From: Tenericutes bacterium ADurb.BinA124
GTDB taxonomy: Bacteria > Bacillota_I > Bacilli_A > ML615J-28 > CAG-698
Assembly: GCA_002068415.1 (NCBI GenBank)
Contig: MVZM01000003.1
Span: forward strand, 40,306-104,305
Length of the DNA: 64,000 nucleotides
Reading direction: 5' to 3'
The notes below the pieces were generated by a model. The model made no database searches. It was not told where the DNA came from and was given only the letters and a program-made list of their open reading frames with translations. Both the position numbers and the translations under genes were made by a program. Below, piece after piece: positions 58,135-64,000 of this stretch; within the stretch, counting starts at the first letter, position 1; each line of letters begins with the position of its first letter.

Positions 58135-58231
58135 TTTATGGAAACCATTACACATTTTAGGCAATTGAAAATCTTAACATCTTATAGTAAAATAAACTAA
58201 AGCAACAAACAAGTTTTGGGAAAGGATTACT

Positions 58232-61018
58232 ATGAAAAAAAGATTATTAATGATGTTTTTACTGCTGCTTTTGATAATCCCCATCAGCATCGCCGCCGCC
58301 GAAACTAATGTTTCCACCCTCAAAATCCATTATTATCGCTATGGAAACGATTATGATAGGGGTTGGAATATCTGGCTTTGGCCCTTTGGAAGCGAAGGTG
58401 AGCAGATTGATTTTGATAAAAACGAGGGTGTATTTGTACAAGATGACTGGGGAGTGGTGGCAACCGTTGATTTAAGCGCCACCAAGTATCGCAACATCAC
58501 CCAAATCGGTATCATTTTTCGCAGGGGTGCTTGGGCGGAAAAAGATATTGATTTCGACCGCTATATTCAAATACCGACGACAGCCGAAAACGGCCTTTTA
58601 AATGTTTATTTTGTGGAAGGAGATGAAAGAATGGGGTATTCACCAACAGACCAAAGCGGTCCTGACCGCTCCGATAAAATTAAAGCCGCTTTTTTCACAA
58701 ACACCGCCGAAATTGCTTATCAGCTAACAGCACCCTTGAAAGCCGCTGATTTATCATTATATGAAGATGATGTTTTGTTAGCAGCAAGCATTTCACCAAT
58801 GGCCAATACCGGAAAAATTACCTTAACAAAAAACCTTGATTTTTCCAAAAAATATGTGTTAAAAGCCCAATTTCCTTCCGGTCTTAAAAGCTATGATGTC
58901 ACCTTTGACGGTATTTATGACTCCGAGGCTTTTGAAGCCGCCTTTGCTTATGATGGCAATGACCTTGGTGCCCTTGTTACGGGGAATGTAACTAATTTTC
59001 GTTTGTGGGCACCGATTTCCTCAGCTGTAAGCCTTAATTTATATGAAACGGGAACTCCGGCGGCCTTAGGCGGAAGTGATACCAAAATCGCCACTTATCC
59101 AATGACCAAAGATGTTAAAGGCACCTGGAAATATGCCGCCAATCAAAACCTGCATGGCAAATATTATACTTATTCGGTGACCAACGGTTCAAGAACTTTT
59201 GAAACAATTGACCCCTATGCCAAGAGTGCGGGCGTAAACGGCTTAAGAGGCATGGTAGTCGACTTTCCTAAAACCAACCCCACCGGTTTTAAATACCACG
59301 AGCGGCCTAATAATATTGAAAATGCCACCGATGCAATTATTTATGAACTGCATGTGCGCGACTTAACATCCCATTCCAGTTGGAATGGGCCCAAGGAACA
59401 TGCCGGCAAATTCCTCGGTCTAATTGACGAAGGCACTACTTATCAAGGCATCACCACCGGCTTTGACCATATTAAAGAATTAGGCGTAACCCATGTTCAA
59501 CTACTACCCTTCTTTGATTTTGGGGTCGTTGATGAAACAAAACTGAATGAGCCGAAATACCAAGCTAAAGGAATTTTTAACTGGGGCTATATGCCGCTTA
59601 ACTTCAATGTTCCTGAAGGTTCTTATTCTTCCGATCCTTATGACGGCACGAAACGCATCACGGAGTTAAAACAAGTTACTACGGCCTTTACCAAAAATAA
59701 CATCGGTTTAATCATGGATGTGGTTTATAATCATACCGGTTTAAGCGCCGATTCCAATTTTCACTTAATCCTTCCGGGTTATTTCCACCGCCTAACCCCA
59801 ACGGGGGTCTTTTCCAATGGGTCAGGAACCGGTAACGAAACCGCTTCGGAACGCTATATGGTGCGCAAATTTATTGTCGATTCCACCGTTTTTTGGGCCA
59901 CGGAATATAATATTTCCGGATTCCGTTTTGACTTGATGGCTTTACACGATGTGGAAACCATGAAGGCCGTTGTCAGCGCCTTGAAAGCGATTGATCAAAA
60001 CATCTTAATCTACGGTGAACCGTGGAATGGGGGAGCGACCCCGCTTCCTCCTAGCATGGCAGCGGATAAAGTCAATCTCGCCAAGATGCCCGAGGTCGGA
60101 GCTTTCAACGACGAAATCCGCGACGGCATTAGAGGGTCCGTCTTTACCACAGCGGAAGGCGGTTTTGTACAAGGGGGAACTTCACCAAAAATCATGAACC
60201 GCACCAAATACGGTGTTGTTGGTGGTGTGGCTTACCCAGGGCTGGATTTAAAAGATCTTTCTTACCAAACTGTTTGGCATACCCAGCCAAGCAAAACCAT
60301 CAACTATGTCAGCGCCCACGACAATAATACTTTGTACGACAAATTGCGTTTATCCACCACCTATCAACAAAAACAATATCTTGACGAAATGCAAAAACAG
60401 GCCAACGCCATTGTCCTAACTTCACAAGGTGTTCCCTTCCTTCATGCGGGAGTTGAATTTCTACGTTCCAAACCGGATGGCAGCGGCGGTTATGATCACA
60501 ATTCTTATGAGTCGCCGGACAGCGTCAACCAACTCCGTTGGGATTTAAAAGCGGAAGCGTTAAATATGTCAGTCTTTACTTATTACAAAGGATTGATTGC
60601 CTTACGAAAGGCCCATCCGGCCTTCCGAATGGCGACGGCCAAAGAAGTAATTGCTAATGTGAAATTTGTTTATGAAGACAAACCGGGAATTTTGGCCTAC
60701 ACCATTGCCAATTATGCCAATAACGATTCTTGGGGGACGATTCTCGTCATTCATAACAACGGCAATTTCATCCAACTAAAACTGCCCGAAGGTGAAGAAA
60801 CTTGGAATTTAGTCGCCAACGGCAGCCAAGTTGGTGAGGAAACTATTAAATCCTATGCCGGGGGTGCGACCATCAGCGTCCTCGAACATGAAAGCTTAAT
60901 TTTGTATCAAGGCTACCGTGCCAAACCGACGAAACGCGGTTGCTTTGGGGGAGCGGCGATAATGCCTTTAGCCCTCCTCGGTTTAGGTGTTTTGATACTT
61001 AAAAAACGAAAACATTAA
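58232..61018 (+). CDS. pulA: Type I pullulanase (GH13_14) with signal peptide, N-terminal CBM41-like domain and C-terminal GC-TM-KKRKH tail. 928 aa.
   Basis: Signal MKKRLLMMFLLLLLIIPISIAAA. GH13 regions YNHTG, GFRFDLMA, GEPWN, YVSAHDN. Pullulanase-type architecture. Confidence 0.85.
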   Translation: MKKRLLMMFLLLLLIIPISIAAAETNVSTLKIHYYRYGNDYDRGWNIWLWPFGSEGEQIDFDKNEGVFVQDDWGVVATVDLSATKYRNITQIGIIFRRGAWAEKDIDFDRYIQIPTTAENGLLNVYFVEGDERMGYSPTDQSGPDRSDKIKAAFFTNTAEIAYQLTAPLKAADLSLYEDDVLLAASISPMANTGKITLTKNLDFSKKYVLKAQFPSGLKSYDVTFDGIYDSEAFEAAFAYDGNDLGALVTGNVTNFRLWAPISSAVSLNLYETGTPAALGGSDTKIATYPMTKDVKGTWKYAANQNLHGKYYTYSVTNGSRTFETIDPYAKSAGVNGLRGMVVDFPKTNPTGFKYHERPNNIENATDAIIYELHVRDLTSHSSWNGPKEHAGKFLGLIDEGTTYQGITTGFDHIKELGVTHVQLLPFFDFGVVDETKLNEPKYQAKGIFNWGYMPLNFNVPEGSYSSDPYDGTKRITELKQVTTAFTKNNIGLIMDVVYNHTGLSADSNFHLILPGYFHRLTPTGVFSNGSGTGNETASERYMVRKFIVDSTVFWATEYNISGFRFDLMALHDVETMKAVVSALKAIDQNILIYGEPWNGGATPLPPSMAADKVNLAKMPEVGAFNDEIRDGIRGSVFTTAEGGFVQGGTSPKIMNRTKYGVVGGVAYPGLDLKDLSYQTVWHTQPSKTINYVSAHDNNTLYDKLRLSTTYQQKQYLDEMQKQANAIVLTSQGVPFLHAGVEFLRSKPDGSGGYDHNSYESPDSVNQLRWDLKAEALNMSVFTYYKGLIALRKAHPAFRMATAKEVIANVKFVYEDKPGILAYTIANYANNDSWGTILVIHNNGNFIQLKLPEGEETWNLVANGSQVGEETIKSYAGGATISVLEHESLILYQGYRAKPTKRGCFGGAAIMPLALLGLGVLILKKRKH

Positions 61019-61020
61019 TG

Positions 61021-61050
61021 AAAAAGTAATGCCGGCCGGCATTACTTTTT
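61021..61050. terminator. Bidirectional terminator (perfect palindrome AGTAATGCCGGCCGGCATTACT flanked by A5/T6).
   Basis: 11-bp perfect stem read from the sequence. Confidence 0.85.
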
Positions 61051-61886
61051 TATTGATTAAGATTAGTTTCTACTCCCTTCGCCCCGCGATAAATGGCTAA
61101 GAGGGCAATTAAGGGGGTTAGGAATTGAAACAAAACCACCGTAAAGGAATTAATTTCCATGATTCCCAAAAGGCCGACTAAAAAGCCGATTAAAGCGGGA
61201 ATCGTCATCGAAGCAATGATAATCTTAAGGTTATCACTAAACTTAGTAAGGGGTTTATAATTAACGCGGATTAACAAAAAAATCGCCGCCAAAATTAAAA
61301 CTAATAATAAATTCATTCCTAATTGAACAAGGGTATTAATGGCCACCGAATAAAAAACAGCATAGGGACTGAAAGCCCCATCAATCATGGTTAAGAACAA
61401 ATCAACCGCTTGGCTTTTGTCGAGCGTTTTTAAGTCTGCAAAATCCATCACCGTATTAACATGTTGATAATCACCCAATAAAGAATGCCCCTGCCCATCA
61501 AAAAAGCTAATTTGCTCAGTTCCTAAAACAATCGTGTTGACAACATCGCTTGCTGGTGTTTGCGGATTAATGATGATTGTGAAAACACCGGCTTCGGTCG
61601 TCGTCATAAAGCGATATTCTTGATTTTGAATGAAATGTAAACCCGCTTGCGAAATGGACATATCACTCGGCAATTGCTCCGGAAGCCATTGCGGGTTAGC
61701 CTTCCTTAACTCATAGGTAATCGTATTTAAGCCCCGAAAGCCATCATTTTTAATGATTTGATAATTGAGGGGAAAAGCAATCACCAAAACCAAGAACAAA
61801 AAATAAGCAATAAAAGCTTTCAAAGGTTTTTTTCTTTGTTTAAAAAGATTGGATAAAGAAAAACTATGCCAAAAGATTTTAAGCAT
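61050..61886 (-). CDS. Polytopic membrane protein of unknown function (maltodextrin-operon-associated, YvdJ/DUF1189-like). Start chosen at MLKIFW, overlapping the amylase stop (ATGCTTAA) with SD GGAGG.
   Basis: Track ORF trimmed to the RBS-supported start. 5-6 TM helices. Confidence 0.5.
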   Translation of the reverse strand: MLKIFWHSFSLSNLFKQRKKPLKAFIAYFLFLVLVIAFPLNYQIIKNDGFRGLNTITYELRKANPQWLPEQLPSDMSISQAGLHFIQNQEYRFMTTTEAGVFTIIINPQTPASDVVNTIVLGTEQISFFDGQGHSLLGDYQHVNTVMDFADLKTLDKSQAVDLFLTMIDGAFSPYAVFYSVAINTLVQLGMNLLLVLILAAIFLLIRVNYKPLTKFSDNLKIIIASMTIPALIGFLVGLLGIMEINSFTVVLFQFLTPLIALLAIYRGAKGVETNLNQ

Positions 61887-63477
61887 TATCCGCCTCCGAG
61901 ACATCAAAAATGATGGTTGATTTGGGAGGTATTTCACAAACATCCGTAAAATCCGTTGTATTTGATAAATAGAGAATCGTCCCTAAGGCTTCAATCGCTT
62001 GCGCTTGGCGAGAAAGATTATGAATGACTAAAACTTTTTGGTAATGATTTAAATAACTAAATTCTCGGTAAAAACCTTGGAGCTGATAGTTGTTCTTTTC
62101 ATAGGGCGAAAGATGATTCCCATAATATAAAGCCGGGTTGGCTTTACGAACGGCGATCATTTGTTGGTAGGTTTTGAATAAAGAAGTCGGTTCAGTGATT
62201 TGTAAGGACAGGGGCTTCAGTTTTTGATTTGCTAAAACGCTGGGAAAGTTCGAATCCGTAAACCAAGTAGTTTCATATTCATCACCAAAGGGGAAGGGCA
62301 AGCGCCTTGTTTCATCCCAAACGGCGATGCCTTGGGACAATTCGCCATTGGCTTTAACACCATGCATACCGACTTCTTCACCATAATAAAGAATTGGTGA
62401 ACCCGGAAGCACCAATAGCATTTCGGCCGCTAACTTCATTTTTTCCATATCACCACCAAGTTGGTCAGCCACCCGATCCATATCATGGTTAAACAAAAAG
62501 GGGGCACTGATAAAGGCCGGATTTTCTTTCGCATATAATTCATATATCTTAATTAAACTATTAACATAGGTCGTACTTCCGTTGGCTCCGGCAATCGTCG
62601 ATGTTTTAAGAGCCACCGGAAAATCTAAAGGCGAATCTAAACCGCGGAAATAAGGTGCGACAATTGATTCAGCCGTAATATAAATTTCTCCGGTTAAATA
62701 GAATTGAGAATTTAATTTTCGTAAATTATTTCGTAACACTTGTAAGAAGATGATATTTTCATAATCATCATAGCGTTGGTTTTGGTATTCATTAATGCCA
62801 TAAAAATGAGCGGCGGCATCCAGCCGAAAACCACTAACACCTAAATCAAGCCAAAATTGGCTGATGGCGGCAATCTCCTTATGGACTTCCTTATTAAAAA
62901 AATTTAAATCCGGCATCGAAGGCGAAAAATAACCGACATAGTATTGGTCATCTTGGTGATGCCAAATGTTTTGCCCCCAGCTGCCCAATAAACTGCGATT
63001 TGTTGTGGGCGTTGCGAAAGTATAATAATCCCGGTATTGGGCATCATTCGCTAAAGCCGCTTTAAACCACGGATGTTGATCGGAACTGTGGTTAAAAACC
63101 ATGTCCAGCATAATTTTAATGCCCCGTTTTTTTGTTTCTTTTAAAAGCTGTTTAAAATCATCTAAAGTGCCGTAATCGGGATTAACATCATAATAGTCAA
63201 TGACATCATAACCGTGATAACTGGGACTGGGGTGAATGGGCATTAACCATAAGCCCGTCACTCCCAAGCTTTCCAAATAATCCAGCTTCGCAATAAGGCC
63301 TTGAAAATCACCAATGCCATCACCATCGCTATCCGCAAAACTCCGAACAAAGAGTTCGTAATAAATATCATTCCGCGGAAAAGCTTCTCTTAAGGGGTCC
63401 TTCTTGGGACCGCAACCACTGATTACTAGGAGCACGAAAACTAATAAAAGTAAAGTAAGTTTGTTTTTAATCATCAT
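61879..63477 (-). CDS. GH13 alpha-amylase lipoprotein (532 aa)
   Basis: Lipobox LLVISGCG. GH13 regions DMVFNH, GFRLDAA, GEIY, FLFNHD. Confidence 0.85.
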   Translation of the reverse strand: MMIKNKLTLLLLVFVLLVISGCGPKKDPLREAFPRNDIYYELFVRSFADSDGDGIGDFQGLIAKLDYLESLGVTGLWLMPIHPSPSYHGYDVIDYYDVNPDYGTLDDFKQLLKETKKRGIKIMLDMVFNHSSDQHPWFKAALANDAQYRDYYTFATPTTNRSLLGSWGQNIWHHQDDQYYVGYFSPSMPDLNFFNKEVHKEIAAISQFWLDLGVSGFRLDAAAHFYGINEYQNQRYDDYENIIFLQVLRNNLRKLNSQFYLTGEIYITAESIVAPYFRGLDSPLDFPVALKTSTIAGANGSTTYVNSLIKIYELYAKENPAFISAPFLFNHDMDRVADQLGGDMEKMKLAAEMLLVLPGSPILYYGEEVGMHGVKANGELSQGIAVWDETRRLPFPFGDEYETTWFTDSNFPSVLANQKLKPLSLQITEPTSLFKTYQQMIAVRKANPALYYGNHLSPYEKNNYQLQGFYREFSYLNHYQKVLVIHNLSRQAQAIEALGTILYLSNTTDFTDVCEIPPKSTIIFDVSEADNA

Positions 63478-63967
63478 ATGTTGTTCCTTTAAGACTTTTA
63501 GCAGCCGAGGGAGTTGTTGATAAACCGATGCGATCCGAGGTATATTTGGTTAAAGCAATCACCCGGGTTTTAAAAATTAAATCATGGATGGTTCTGCCAT
63601 CTTCGCGACCGGAAGCAACAAGCCCCGCTATAAAAATATAGACGCCAAATGTTATAAAAGTTAAAAGTGCTTTAACAATTTCACGCAAGATTAATAAATA
63701 AAGCGCCGGAACAAACACCTTCTCGGGAATTAGTTCCTGATAGTTTTTCACAACCTTTAATTTTTGAATGCGTTTCCCGAAAGTTTGGCCGGGCGAAAAG
63801 AAATGAGGAATAATCATAACCCCAAAATAACACCCCAAAGCAATGGCCATTTTACCTAAAGGCAAGATGCTAGGAAGATTATAAATGACAATCATACCAA
63901 TAAGCATTAAAGTAAAGGCTAATGATGAATCGATTGAATAAGCCCGCAATCGGCGATCAAAATTCAT
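63467..63967 (-). CDS. RDD-family membrane protein (166 aa)
   Basis: N-terminal RRLRAYSIDSS (R-x-x-A-x-x-I-D RDD motif). 3 TM helices. Confidence 0.65.
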   Translation of the reverse strand: MNFDRRLRAYSIDSSLAFTLMLIGMIVIYNLPSILPLGKMAIALGCYFGVMIIPHFFSPGQTFGKRIQKLKVVKNYQELIPEKVFVPALYLLILREIVKALLTFITFGVYIFIAGLVASGREDGRTIHDLIFKTRVIALTKYTSDRIGLSTTPSAAKSLKGTTYDD

Positions 63968-64000
63968 AAGCTTTCCTCTTTTCTTATCTTCAAGTTTACT

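Noticed and set aside
1-64000. Search for CRISPR arrays, rRNA genes and IS/transposase genes
   Set aside because: No regularly spaced short direct repeats, no rRNA-like conserved blocks, and no transposase or integrase ORFs were found. The only mobile-element signatures are the repeat-flanked islet and the decayed tRNA-adjacent island.

Overview
Low-GC (roughly 37-40% GC) Firmicutes-like chromosomal window. Almost every gene is on the minus strand. Coordinates I derived by hand are good to about +/-2 nt; ORF-track coordinates are used wherever a track ORF is adopted.

Layout, left to right:
(1) A tandem operon of four paralogous secreted proteins (<1..3564). Three carry SipW-cognate-type (TasA/camelysin-like) signal peptides, and all that are complete share a C-terminal WLEGWD motif. 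On the minus strand the operon is driven by a sigma-A promoter followed by two tandem c-di-GMP-I (GEMM) riboswitch copies about 95% identical, each with a terminator-type expression platform. Two non-canonical GGDEF/EAL proteins are encoded immediately upstream. I consider this the most interesting candidate system in the window: a c-di-GMP-riboswitch-gated TasA-like fibre or adhesin locus.
(2) tRNA-Thr(GGU) with its own promoter and terminator.
(3) A CPA2 cation/H+ antiporter operonic with a PstA/DarA-like PII (c-di-AMP receptor) protein, then ferritin, then an ArsB/NhaD-type permease.
(4) A roughly 2.1 kb islet flanked by 49-bp direct repeats. It carries an SDH-family ClpP-fold serine protease translationally coupled to a 62-aa ORF, plus a truncated RhuM-family gene.
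(5) An ABC-2 exporter; a PAS-GGDEF-HD-GYP protein; a HAD phosphatase; KtrAB; and potABCD.
(6) A decayed genomic island (RhuM, frameshifted and truncated YhcG/DUF1016 nuclease genes, 110-bp repeats) abutting the 3' end of tRNA-Gly(CCC).
(7) A histidine-utilisation operon (hutH-hutU-hutI, a cyclodeaminase, an FNT channel).
(8) An operon encoding a HExxH protein, a PfkB kinase and a double-SIS protein, driven by an operator-embedded extended -10 promoter.
(9) A GGDEF cyclase and a cytoplasmic GH9 hydrolase.
(10) A roughly 20 kb starch/maltodextrin locus: neopullulanase, glycogen phosphorylase, MalQ, alpha-glucosidase, MalEFG, a CBM41-repeat surface protein, pullulanase, an amylase lipoprotein. 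Its divergent promoter region has two cre-like operators. Both surface enzymes end in an unusual GC + TM helix + basic-tail C-terminal signal.

No CRISPR array, rRNA or intact transposase was seen.
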